Shown: positions 45,072 to 59,631 of the stretch, piece after piece
How the letters are laid out: every line of letters starts with the position of its first letter
How positions within the stretch are numbered: the first letter of the stretch is position 1
Origin: the human T2T-CHM13v2.0 reference genome, Homo sapiens
Assembly (NCBI RefSeq): GCF_009914755.1
Contig: NC_060942.1
Direction: 5' to 3' (one strand)
DNA: 64,000 bases
The notes under the pieces: generated by a model
The model's input: the letters and a program-made list of their open reading frames with translations, nothing else
The model's database searches: none
Told to the model about the DNA's origin: nothing
Translations under genes and position numbers: made by a program

Positions 45072-45454
45072 AAGGGAAGAGAGAAGTTGTCCCGGATGGG
45101 AGTGCCCTCGTAAGAACAAGTGGGTGTAATTCAACACAGAAATACATATATATAATACTTAAAGCCCAGATTTTCTATGGCGTAGAAAGCATTTATCTGA
45201 TTTAGAAAGAAATGTGTAATCTGTGCTAATATTTACTGCCAACCCCAACCCCAGTAGGGATATAGGTAGTTTCTGTTTTTTTTATTTTTTTTATATCAGT
45301 GTTGCTTTCTGTCTTAAGAGCATAGACTGGGCAGAATGTGTATGTGAGTATGGTGGTGGTGATAGTGCTGGCAATATATTAATTATTGCTGTCTATGGTG
45401 CCTTATTGGGATGAAGATAAAGGTCTTGACCCCTTTGGGTGTGGAAATGGCAGA

Positions 45455-45670
45455 ATGGGCTAGTGATTAAGAGTATGGACTCTGGTGTGACACTGCTGGA
45501 ATTCAAGTCCTGGTTCTATGGCTTCTAACTCTGTGATCCTGAGTAATTTACTTGACTTTATTGTATCTCAGTTTTTTCATCTGTAAAATGAAAATAATTG
45601 TACCTCTGGGTTTTGTGACACTTAGAACAGTGTCTGGTATATTAGTGATTAGTAAGTACAATATCTGTTG
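45455..45670 (+). mobile_element. MIR SINE
   Basis: tagtgattaagagtatggactctgg..tctcagttttttcatctgtaaaatg..cttagaacagtgtctgg. Confidence 0.85.
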
Positions 45671-45779
45671 TTGCTTTTATTGTTTGTAGTTTTCAAGTCT
45701 CACAAATGTGAAATATTGTTGCCATTGGGGGGGATACACTTTTGTTTTAGTACTTCAAAAATTTTTTGATGTCTTTAAC

Positions 45780-46500
45780 ATTTTCTCTTTGGCTTTGGTT
45801 TTCAGCAATCTAACTATGGTATGTATAGGGGTGAGAGAGAGAGAGAGAATGTGTGTGAGTGTGTGCGCACGCATGTGCACACATGCATGCATTTATCCTG
45901 CTTGAAGTTCTTTGAGCTTCTTTGGTCTGTGTTGTTGTGTTTCACTAATTTTGTAAAGTTAATAACCATTATCTCTTCTGCCCCCTTCTCTCACTGTGTC
46001 TTTCTGAAAATCCAACTATATGTTTGATATGTTTCCACAGATCTGTGATAGTCTGTTATTCTTATTTTCTTTGTGTTTCATTTTGGGTAATTTCTGCTGC
46101 CTTAATTTCAAGTTCTTATATTCTTTCCCATACTGTATCCAGCTTCTGGTAAGGCTGTCAAAGAAATGTTTATTTCTTATGTTGTGTTCTTTCAGGCATT
46201 TCCATTTGATTCTTATTAATACAGCTTCCTTTTGCTGAAATTCCCCATCTGTTCATGCATGTGCCCATCTTTTTCACTAAATACTTTAATTATCTTAAAG
46301 TTCCCTTTAGCTAATTCCAGTGTCTCAGTCATGTCTTAATCTACTTTTGTTGACTAGTTTCTATCTTGAATATTGATGGAATTTCCACCCTCCCTGTACC
46401 CCGGCTTTTGTTTCTTTTCTTTTTCCTTAACATTTACTTTAATGTCTGACATTGTATTAAAGAACTGCAGACACTGAGATAGGTCATATTTATGCTCAGA
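45780..46500 (-). mobile_element. Old L1ME-like fragment
   Basis: tttggttttcagcaat..ttgagcttctt..aaattccccatctgttcatgcat motifs. Confidence 0.55.
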
Positions 46501-46720
46501 AATGGGCACCTCTCTTCTATCAGGTAGGCATTTAGTGTGTGGTTTGAGTTATTCTAGTCAATAGTTGAAGTGAATTTCAGTTTTATTGTTAATTGTAGTT
46601 GCCTTCAATGTACCTGACTTTGAATTTCTCTAGTGGTGGGCTTCTGCCACCTTGTACTTAGCATGGGCCCTGGAGTACTGACGGGTTTTACTAGTGTTTT
46701 TGTCCCTGGTCATAGGTAGG

Positions 46721-47077
46721 TGTTATGCACTGAATATTAGTGTCCCCCTAAATTTCATATTTTGGAATCTTATCCCCCATTGTTTTATTAGGAGGAAGGC
46801 CTTTTGGGAGGTAATTAGGTCTTGAGGATGGAGCACTCATTTAGTGTCCTTATAAAAGAGGCTCCAGGAAGCTCTCTAGCCCTCTTTCTCTGATGTGGAA
46901 ATATAGGGCCTAGTTAGCAGTCTGCAGCCTGGAAGAGGCTCCTCACCAGAACCCAACCATGCTGGCACCCTGATCCTGGACTTCCAGCTGCCAGAACTGT
47001 GAGAAATAAATGTCTGTTGTTTGTAAGCCACCCGGGTCTATGGTAGTTTGTTGTAGCAGTCCAAACTGTGTAAGACA
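46721..47077 (+). mobile_element. MLT1A-like MaLR solo LTR
   Basis: TG...CA ends; gacttccagctgccagaactgtgagaaataaa; near-TSD GTAGG/GTTGG. Confidence 0.9.
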
Positions 47078-48371
47078 GTTGGGTGGTAGTGTTTTCTGAC
47101 CTTTTCTTAGTAGTTTCAGCCTTTGCTTTCTACGAGAGAAGGATCTAAGATGTGGGCAGAGTTTTGTACACATGTACTACTGAGAAGGACTCTCAGGCCT
47201 GTTGTCCTACCTTCATTATTTCTTGTAAGCCACTGGTAGAGACCTGTGAGAAAGATCTAGTGAGACAGTACATACTTCTCTTGTGTTTGTTGCTCCCAGA
47301 AATGTCTAAACTGTCACAGTAGCTCCCACTTAGCCTTCAAGAATTAGTTGAAAATTTCAGCTGTTTTATTCATATCTGCCTTTAATGGCCTTTTCTTCCT
47401 CAGGGTTTCAGGTTCTGCATTCTGCATTCTGCATTCTGTCCTGTCTCTCTCTCCTTAGAATGGCATATCATCCTTTGGAATTCAGTTTACCTGATTGCCT
47501 TGTAACCACAACTTTCCTATGGGTCCAAAAATGTTACCAGTAATTTAGCAGATTATCTGGCTCTCATTGTTACCGTGGAAGCAACATTCTTTTGAGACTT
47601 TCTGTATTCTAAACAGCACAGGCCTCCCTTCTTATGACATATTTTTATAGGTGAGTTAAATAGTTTTAAGAAGAAATACTTCATATTTATACAACTGTCT
47701 GTTCTCATTTTGAATTTAGCAATAGTAGTTTTAAAAATAATGGTAGCAATACATGAATGGATAGGAGTATATTCTTTAATGGGCATTTTGATTCTTACAA
47801 AGATGGTTATAAAATGTGCTGTTGTAATAAGGTTAGCTGTGCATCATAATGCTTTGATTCTGTAGTCTTAGAACAACTGGTCTCCTACTGTGCTCCAAAG
47901 TAGATCCTAGTTACAGGATCTACTTTGTAATTATTTTTCTGTCTTTTGATTAAATTAGATAAAAGTAATGGCCACTCATTTTTGCCCTAATTCTTCTTAT
48001 ATTTAAATATGAAATGAAAAAAGAGCACATCATTCCAACATGAATCTGAATATTATGGGCATTAGTGCTATAATAATTCCATAGCAACTAATAATAATTG
48101 TAATTATTAAAGTGAACATTTTTCTTTCTGAGCTTAGGGCTCTACTTTTTGCCTTAGTTTCCAGTTTTTCTTACCTACTGTCTTTATGTTATGTCATTCA
48201 GTATATTCCTCCATTGATTGTGCATAGGGCAGTCACTAGGACTGTCACTGTGGATTTCCTCTTGCTTTTACTTAGCATCAATCCAATGAAAAGCAAACAA
48301 ACAGGCAAAAAACTCCCAAACAATAAAGAAATCTTTTGGCTCCAATTTGGATTTATAAAGAGAATCTAGGT

Positions 48372-48724
48372 CAGGGGTCCCCAGCCCCTGGGCTGCAGAC
48401 CAGTACTGGTTAGTGACCTGTTAGGAACCTGGCTGCACAGCAGGAGATGAGAGCTGGTGAGCGAGCATTACTGCATGAGCTTTGCCTCCTGTCAGATCAG
48501 TGGCAGCATTAGATTATCATAGGAGTGCAAACCCTATTGTGAACTGTACACGCGAGGGATCTAGGTTGCATGCTCCTTAGGATAATCTAACTAATGCCTG
48601 ATGATCTGAGGTGGAACAATTTCATCCCCAAACTGTTCCCCCGACCATACCACCCCACAATGTCTGTGGAAAAATTGTTTTCCATGAAACCGGTCCTTGA
48701 TGCCAAAAAGCTTGGGGACTGCTG
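48372..48724. mobile_element. MER1B hAT-Charlie element, complete
   Basis: TIRs caggggtcccca / tggggactgctg; perfect 8-bp TSD ATCTAGGT at 48364-48371 and 48725-48732. Confidence 0.96.
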
Positions 48725-49354
48725 ATCTAGGTATCTTGACCTTTTTCTCTGCAAGTAGTGAGAGAACTTATATTTCTAGTTAACCTCATTCTTAAGATTG
48801 CTTAGCACTATCATATATTTCAATTTTTTATTCATTTTAAATATGTGAAATATTAATTTACTCTCCAACTTTTATTTTAAACTAGATATAAAGTGGCCAG
48901 AAATGTACCATTTCACAATATTTTTGTTGTTTTTTGCTTTAGGGAATATATACTGTGATGCAAATTTTTGAAAATTACCAAGCTTAGCTATTTCATTTTT
49001 TTTAATTTTTAGTTTTATTTGTTTTAACATTGAATAGTTTACTTATGCTTTATATGTTCTCTGTAAGAATGATTTTGCGCATAGAATTCTACCTTGCATA
49101 GTATATTTCACAGAAAGTATGATGTATAATTTAACAAAATCAGTTATAAAACAGGTAAACCATATGTACTTACATTTAATGGCCTTTTCCATACTTTCTA
49201 TCAGTTTATTTTACATCTTCAAGGGAGCATAGAGAAAAAGATATATAATATGAACAAAATCAGTAAGTTTTCATTGAAAGTGAGCTTATAATGCTCCTGT
49301 CTTTATGACAAAGATCGTATTAGACACCTCAGTGATCATAAACGTTTCCAGTAG

Positions 49355-49687
<333 letters not shown>

Positions 49688-50429
49688 AAGATTTTATTTA
49701 AGTATTTCCATAATTGACATTTATTATAATTACCTTGAAAGAGAAATGAAATTGAACAGTAAATGTGGGAAGGTAGCTCCATAGCATATGCAGAGCTACT
49801 TTTTGGATTGCTCCATAGCAAATCCTAAAGTCCCATTGTTCAGTCATATAAGAAGTCTCCAAAACTCTCAACTATTCAGGATCAATTTTCCTGCTAATTG
49901 ATTATTATTTTATAAAGTAGATCTGTCACTGCTTGGTTTAAGCTTGGATTAAAAGACACAGTGGGGTTTCTATCACTTCTCCATAGGCATCAGTACCTAA
50001 TCTATTCAGCTGTTTATATATTAGTAAACAATGTTGTCTTCATGGTAGTTGGTAAGAAAAATAATAAAAACACAGATTTCAGGAAAGTTTACAATTAGCG
50101 GACACAAATACAAAAGGATGACGTTTTTTGAAAGTTAGTGTTCTTTAAACTTTGGCTTTGGTACCAAGAATTGCTCTGAGAAGAGACTTTCTTTTTTTGC
50201 CAAATACCTTGTCAATTCTGTAGCCCTAATCTCACCTTAATGATTTGCATTCAACACACATATATAGGACTAATGAATATTGACCCAATTTCTAAGGAAA
50301 ACAAATAACAAATACATTGAAGGTCTCTTGTTATAAATATATACATATATTAAAATATAAATATAAATACATTTCTACATTTCTATAAACGTATATGTAT
50401 CTATTTCTTAACTGTGTGGCTTTTGTATT

Positions 50430-51855
50430 TCCATGTGTTTGCAGCCCTGCTCTGTGGTGGTGGTGGTGGAGAGAGAGATAACCCCCTCACCAGATCTGCT
50501 CCCGGGCCTTGGTGGGGCCCCCTCCAATCAGTGGTGCTATGCTGTGCTGTGCTCAAGTTTCCTTTGTTAGGTGTTCCAGGCCACGGGGCCCTCTTGGGTA
50601 GATAACATGGCTAGTAGATGGGTCATATTTCTCAGACCAGCCCTGCACCTGGAGGCACACCCTCCTCCTGTGCCAGCCTACCACCTTGCACATTTCACCC
50701 TTCACAGTGTTTTGAAAGTAACTGAGTCCCAGCCACAGATCTCAGCTTGGCACTTCTGAGCTGCACAATGCAGCCCTGGGGTGCCAGGACCAGCCCACAG
50801 TTCTGTCCTCCACACCCTCTGGGTTGGGCACCAGCTGTTCTAGGGGATCCAGGGTGCTTCCTGGCCACTGAGAAAGTACTTAGATAGAGCTGCAGATAAA
50901 GCATCCAGGCTGGGCAGGGGAGGCTGCATTGTACACACGCTCCTGTGGAGCAGCCAGGCAGGGGCCTTGAGAGGTCTGTCAGTCAGGAGAGCCTACAGAA
51001 CAGATGAACCCCAATCCAGTGGAAGCCAGCTTTGTTCTCTCTTGGCCTTGCAGTTGACTAGGGCTAGAGCTAACTGGGGAGATGGAGAACTTTGGGGGAT
51101 AGGCGCCTGTGGCCATTTTACACTGCAGCTGCCCCGTGTGTAAAAGTCCCCGCATTTTGCACAGGTTGTACCTCTGTCTCTTCCTAACTCTCCAGGATGA
51201 TCCCCCTACCAGTTCAGATATCTATGGGGGGTCATGGGATCTCTTGCAGCTAGGATCCCAGAGGTCTGCAGCAAGAGTGGACTGCCCATCTTTCCCTTCA
51301 CTCACCGCTTAGGAGCCATTTAGGGCTGGGAACTAGCATCTGACAACCCTGTGCAGGCAGCTTCCTCCCTCCTCACTCTTGGTATCTGTGTCACCTCTCA
51401 ACTCTTGATGTTTTCCTCTCTGGAAATTGGCTCAGAGTATGTTTGTTTACTCCATATTTTTTTCATATTTATTTTATTTTATTATTATTATATTTTCAGT
51501 TTTAGGGTACATGTGCACAATGTGCAGGTTAGTTACATATGTATACATGTGCCATGCTGGTGTGCTGCACCCATTAACTCGTCATTTAGCATTAGTCATA
51601 TCTCCTAATGCTATCCCTCCCTCCTCCCTCCACCCCACAACAGTCCCCAGAGTGTGATGTTCCCCTTCCTGTGTCCATGTGTTCTCATTGTTCAATTCCC
51701 ACCTATGAGTGAGAACATGCAGTGTTTGGTTTTTTGTCCTTGCGATAGTTTACTGAGAATGATGATTTCCAATTTCATCCATGTCCATTTGGTCTCCCTC
51801 AGTGGGAGCAGTGCTTCCAGGCTCTGTCTCATTGGCCATCGTCTCCCTCTCCTCT
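50430..51855 (-). mobile_element. GC-rich 5'UTR of an old L1 (L1PB/L1MA era), interrupted by a younger L1PA
   Basis: Abrupt GC-rich island with L1 5'-end-like ending (gtgggag..gcttccaggctctgtctcattggccatc); sequence resumes after the insertion. Confidence 0.55.
51460..51786 (-). mobile_element. Short young L1PA (about L1PA2-4) 3' end
   Basis: ttttagggtacatgtgcacaatgtgcaggttagttac ... atttccaatttcatccatgtcc. Confidence 0.95.
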
Positions 51856-52254
51856 AAATTTTTTTTTAGTCTTTCTTTTCATATTACCATTTTTGTGAGA
51901 CTAACTTTTACCCTTTGAAGGATAATTATTTCTTAATTTAATAAATGTAAGTTTAGAGGTGACAAAGACAAAGCTTGGAGAAAGGAAAAGTATTGTTGCT
52001 TCGTCTTTGTTACCTCTACATTTTCATTTGTTATGGCAGTATAAGATTTATAAGAAATATGTGCTTTTATTTACATATTGGTCCAAGTTAGGTCTCAAAG
52101 GGCAAATCACTTTAAAAACCAATCACTGTGATCTTAGACACTGTTGTCTTTCCAGAGACCACGTAATTCTTACTCATCATTTCTTCAATCTGTTTCTCTT
52201 GGAAACCCTGGGAAAGTTACAGCTATAGTCTTTTTAGTTCTCAGTTAGGCTAGA

Positions 52255-52420
52255 GCAAGGCTTGCCAAATTATCCAGGCTACTGCCTGATTTTGTAAGTA
52301 AAGTTTTCTTGGAATACAGCCACATTTATTTGATAACATACAGTCTCTGGCTACTTTGCACTGCAGTGGTAGACTTGAATGGTTGGTTACAGAAGGTGAT
52401 GGCCTACTAAATCTTTCTAG
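52255..52420. mobile_element. MER58-like hAT fragment
   Basis: ctgcctgattttgtaagtaaagttttcttggaatacagccac..ctggctactttgcactgca. Confidence 0.7.
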
Positions 52421-53314
52421 ACAGAATCTTTTGAGTAGAAATCAGCCACTGGAAATAAGATCTCTAAATCCTCCCTTTTTCCTCTTCTCCTTTTACCCTG
52501 ATGTGAAGTCACTTAATAAAACAGCATATTTAGACCTCCTTTGGTATAAGCCTTTCAGCTTATGTCTTAAGTAACAAGGGCATTTTCCCCTGTCTGGTTA
52601 AAAGCTGCCCAAATTATGCCATTTTTTGCCATTCCAGATATCATATGGCCATTAATGCCTTATGCTATCATAAAACCATATAGTTGATGAGTGGGGATTT
52701 TGGCTTTTGTTTGGTTTTGGCTTTATATTAGTCTTTGTTTCACTCTTTTTGATGTTATTGTTGTTTTTATGGGGGTGGGGAGTGATCCTTTCATAGTATT
52801 CTTCATCATACAGACGTATTTGTGAGAAACAGATTAGGAAGGAAAAGGATGTATCCCTCAGTACTTTGCACTGCTTGTCCTAATTAAGCAGCCCACCTAG
52901 TCTGTGTTAAGTATATACTGTGTGTGTGTGTGTGCATATAAGGAGTTTGGGAGAGGTAACTTGAAAGAACAAAGGTCATTTGATCAAAGAATTCCTAGGT
53001 TCTTGGCATTTTAAATTATGTGGCAATTTGCATGTATTAATGAGATATAATAATGGGTGTCAGTAAAACTCTATTATAAATAGTCCTATCACGACAACTG
53101 TTATGAAGATGCTGTGATTAAGCCTTTCTTCTATGGATTTTAATTAAATATAGCCAGGATACTCAGCTTGTTGTGTTTATATACAACTAGGGAAGAAAAT
53201 GTTAACTCTGCAGTTTTAAAAAATGTTTATCTAATTAATCAAATATGCCCTAGGCATGTGGCATAAATTTGTATTGCTAGGGTTTTTTCTTTTGTTTTTT
53301 ATTGTTTAATTTTT

Positions 53315-54766
<1,452 letters not shown>

Positions 54767-54780
54767 ATTGTTTAATTTTT

Positions 54781-57020
54781 AATTGACAAATAATAATTAA
54801 GAAGTATGTTTACATATACCTATTTTTTAATTGAGGTAATATACTACATTTACCATCCTTTCCATTTTTAAGTGTATAGTTCTGTAGTAATACTTACATT
54901 TATATCCTTTTTTTCCCTTCATTCCCACCTCCCCACTACCCCTTCACGGCCTCTGATAACCACTATTCTACTCTCTATCTTCATGAGATCTACTTTTTTA
55001 GCTCCCATATGTGAGAATGTGCAATATTGTCTTTCCATTCTTGGCTTATTTCACTTAACATATTGACCTTCAGTTTCATCTATGTTGCTGCAAATGGTAG
55101 AATTTCATTCTTTTTTATGGGTGATCAATATTCCATTCTGTATAGTATATATTTCTCATTTTCTTTGGTCACTTAGGTTGATTCTGTGTCTTGACTATTG
55201 TAGTAAATAGTGCTTTAATAAACATGGGTGTGCAGGTGTCTCTTCAGCACACTGATTGCAGTTCCTTTGGGTATATACCCAGAAGTGGGATTGCTGGAAC
55301 ACATAGCAATTCTATTTTTAATTTTCTGACGAACTTCCATACTGCTTTCCATAATGGCTCTGTTAATTTACATTCGCAAGAACAGTTCACACAGGATCCC
55401 TTTTCTCTATATCCTCACCAGCACTTGTTATCTTTCATCTTTTTGGTAATAGCCATTCTGAGGGGAACGAGGCAATACCTTATTGTTATTTTAATTTGCA
55501 TTTCCCTGATGATTAGTGATGATGAGCATTTTGTCATTTATCTCTTGGCCATCTGTAGGTCTTCTTTTGAGAAAAGTCTATTTAGGTCCTTTGCCCATAT
55601 TTTGATTGAGTTGTTTGCTTGCTATTGAGTTGTTTGAGTACCTTCTATTTTCTGGATATTTGCCTCTTATCAGATGTATGGTTTACAACTATTTTCTCCC
55701 AGTCTGTGGATAGTCTCATTACTCTGTTGTTTCCTTTCCTGTGCAGAAGCTTTGATGTAATCCCATTTGTCTATCTTTACTTTCGTTGCCTGTTCTTTTG
55801 ATGTCAAATCCAGGAATTCACTGTCCTGACCAACAGAGAATTTCCTCTATGTTTTCTTCTAGTAGTTCTGTAGTTTTAGGATGTACATTTAAGTCTTTAA
55901 TCCATTTTAATTTGATCTTTGTATTTGGTGAGAGATAGTGGGTCTAGTGTCATTCTTCTGCATGTGGATATCCAGTATTCCCAATACCATTTATCGAAGA
56001 GACTCTGTTTTCATCATAGCGTATTCTTGGCACCTTTGCTGAAAATCAGTTGACCATAAATGCGTGGGTTTATTTTTTGGGTTTTCTATCCTATTCCATT
56101 GGTTAATGTGTTTGTTTTTGTTTTTATGCCAGTACCGTGCTGTTTTGATTACTCTTGCTTTGTAATAGATTCGAAGTCATACAGTGTTATGCCTCCAGCT
56201 TTGTTCTTGTTGCTCAAAACTTACTGTGGTTATTTGGGGTCTTTTGTAGTACAGATTTGGGGTGTTGTTTTTCCTATTTTTCTGTTTTTCGGAAAAATGA
56301 CTTGGAATTTTGATAAGAATGGCACTGAATCTGTTGATCACTTTGGGTAGTATGAACATTTTAACAATATTAATTCTAATCCATGAACATGGGATACCTT
56401 TCCACTTATTTGTGTCATCGGCAATTTCCTCAATGTTTTATAATTTTTGGTATAACAGATATTTCACCTTCTTGGTTAAATTTATTCCTAAGTATTTTAT
56501 TTTTTATTTTTTATGCTATTGTGAATAAGACTGTTTTCTTATTTTCTTTTTCGGATAGTTTGTTGTCAGTGTAAAGAAGTGTTACTGATTTTTGTGTATT
56601 GGTTTTGGGTTCTGCAATTTGACTGAATTCATTTATCAGCTCTAAATTTTTTTTGGTGGAGTTCTAAGGGTTTTCTAAATATAAGGTCATATCATCAGCA
56701 AACAAAAAATTTCACTTCTTCCTTTTCTATTTGGATGCCTTTTACTTTTTTTTCTTGTCTAATTGCTCTGGCTATAACTTCCAGCACTACGTTGAATAAA
56801 AGTGGTGTAGTGGTAATCTTTTTCTTGTTTCTGATCCTAGAGGAAAAGCATTTAACTTTTCACCATTGAGTATAATGTCAGCTGTGGGCTTTTCATATAT
56901 GACCTTTATTGTGTTGAGGTACATGTTTTCTGTGCCTAATTTGTTGAGAGTTTTTACTATGAAAGGATGTTGAATATTGTCAAATGCCTTTTCTACATCT
57001 ATTGAGATGATCACCACGGT
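54781..57020 (-). mobile_element. L1MA-like element, 3'UTR + ORF2
   Basis: Minus-strand RT peptide [35 protein letters not shown]; L1MA-type 3'UTR. Confidence 0.92.
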
Positions 57021-57384
57021 TTTTATTGAACAAATGTCTGCTGTTTTACATGTATATATGAAAAAATATCTATTTTATATATTCTTTTATATATGTCTTT
57101 TTAGGAATTAACATTTAGACATATTTAGTCAATTTTATCTCAGATATCTTTTGAAAGAGAAATAGTTGAATTTTTTTATCCATTGTGATCCAAAGACACT
57201 GTATTCTAACAAGGTGGGAAAGACTGATAAAATGGCACATTTTAAAAAATGAACATTCCAGTTAATTTCTTATAAAAAGATATGACTTTGGAGACAGAAA
57301 AGCTGCTTTTCTTGACTTCAGAAGTGCAAGATGGGCAGAAATGGAACCTAGAATTTTGTCATAGTGGTTTAGACAGTGCTTGTT

Positions 57385-57540
57385 AACCAGTGCTCCTCAG
57401 GCTATAAGGTACACGTTAATCACCTGAGCAGCTTGATAAAATGCAGAATCGAATCCACATCTAGAGTGCGGCTCAGGATTTTGCATGTCTTAGAAGTTCC
57501 CAGATGATACCAGTGCTGCTGTCCCTGGACCACACTTAGA
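57385..57540. mobile_element. MER5-like hAT element
   Basis: cagtgctcctca..aatcacctgagcagcttgataaaatgcaga..gatac..tgctgctg..ggaccacactt. Confidence 0.7.
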
Positions 57541-57787
57541 CTTCCTTCCTGACAGTAAGTTTTTCTCTTTTTATGGCAGGTTGATTATATAGAAAGGTTA
57601 AACCCAGTGTAGACAACTATTCATGAAGTGTACTTTGATAAGAAAGGTATGCCGTTGACAAAGCTTGCTGTAGTTGTGAAGCATTTGATGTAAGACTATT
57701 AACTAAGTGAAAGGCTATGAATTCTTGAAGTTTTATCCTGACTTCCCTTTTATATGAATGTAATGCCTGTATTTTTCAGAAGACTGA

Positions 57788-58138
<351 letters not shown>

Positions 58139-58477
58139 GAGTGCTCATTTTTCTTATGCGACTTTTGACCAATTCAGATTTTGAATGATAAGTGAACGCG
58201 AAATAAGGAATCATCCCATTTTTTGAGTCAGTTGGACGTTTACTCACCTCAGGCTTCTGGAAAGATCTTGGTTGTCAAATTAGAGCAGGGACACAAACCG
58301 TTTGGTATGATTAATAGTTTGAATAGCAAAAGGGACAGATTTCAATATATATACTTTAACATATTTAAAAATATGTATACCCACACATACATGTATAATT
58401 TTTTTCTCCTGAATTCTTATAAAGCTCTGTACCTGAGGAGAGAGAGAGCCTTTCTAGCCTTTGTAAAAGGAGATAGA

Positions 58478-58775
<298 letters not shown>

Positions 58776-58945
58776 CATGTATATAAATATTAATTAATTA
58801 AATGAGATAGAAAAAGTCAGTAATACTCTCATGGAAATAGACATATAAAACACATTTTTTAAAATTATAAAATTTTGATATTTATTCATAATTACTCTTA
58901 CCCTATTCACAAATATAGAAGAGGCATTTACATTTTACTACTGTA

Positions 58946-59545
58946 TGGTCAGTTCTGCTATAAGGAGACATTTGCATTTCTAAAAATCACCATACCATGC
59001 AGAATCATTACTAAAGACCCCAGGAAGCTTATGGGAAAAATAGGTTTAGAAGTACAACAATAAAAAGAAATTGTTTAGTGAAACATTAAGAAAAAAAAGA
59101 ACCTAATAAAAATGATAGAACAGTTGTACATGCATTATGTTATAAAGAAATTCATAAATACTACAATAAATATGGTACTTTGCCTTGAAAAAACTGAAGT
59201 ATGCTTGTGGAAGTTAATATTGAAAGGGTTGCAGCTTCTGAGTTATTGTAAAATGGTATAGGGAAGGTTGCTGAAGTGGGATATAAAGTTGTAACACCAT
59301 CTATTAGTAGGTATGGCTTATAACACAAAGGGAACTGAAATAGCTGGAAGATATTTAAGATGTGAGGCCTGTTGGCGCATATTTTAAATATTTCTACTGG
59401 GCTTGGTCAGCTAGATGTAGTTTTCTGCCTGCACCTGGTGTTTCTCACAGTGATATTCACGTTATGCTCAAATTGCTTCCAAATACATCAAATGCACAGG
59501 AACGAATTTTGGTTTTCTGAACAAGTGGTGTAGCAGAACTGACTG
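58946..59545. mobile_element. Old Tigger-family (Tigger13a-like) DNA transposon
   Basis: TIRs ta|tggtcagttctgcta ... tagcagaactgactg|ta with TA flanks. Confidence 0.8.
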
Positions 59546-59597
59546 TATATGAAATTTCACGCTTTGTTAGAGACATAGAACAAACCTTTAATTTTAC

Positions 59598-59631
59598 TGC
59601 AATTCAGTTCCACAGGCAGTAGGGGGAGTAG
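59598..59631 (+). promoter_or_regulatory. Candidate CTCF site (core + upstream module), forward orientation
   Basis: TGCAA-N13-GCAGTAGGGGGAGTA. Confidence 0.5.

Noticed and set aside
45850-45891. Alternating purine-pyrimidine tract (Z-DNA candidate)
   Set aside because: Ordinary degenerate (TG/CA) microsatellite within an old repeat
47412-47437. (TTCTGCA)x3.5 and other tiny tandem duplications (e.g. about 18940-18970, 9004-9045)
   Set aside because: Commonplace slippage products with no further structure
54902-54910. Third ATATCCTTT motif
   Set aside because: Lies in a T-rich L1MA 3'UTR with no convincing acceptor or branch point upstream; expected by chance
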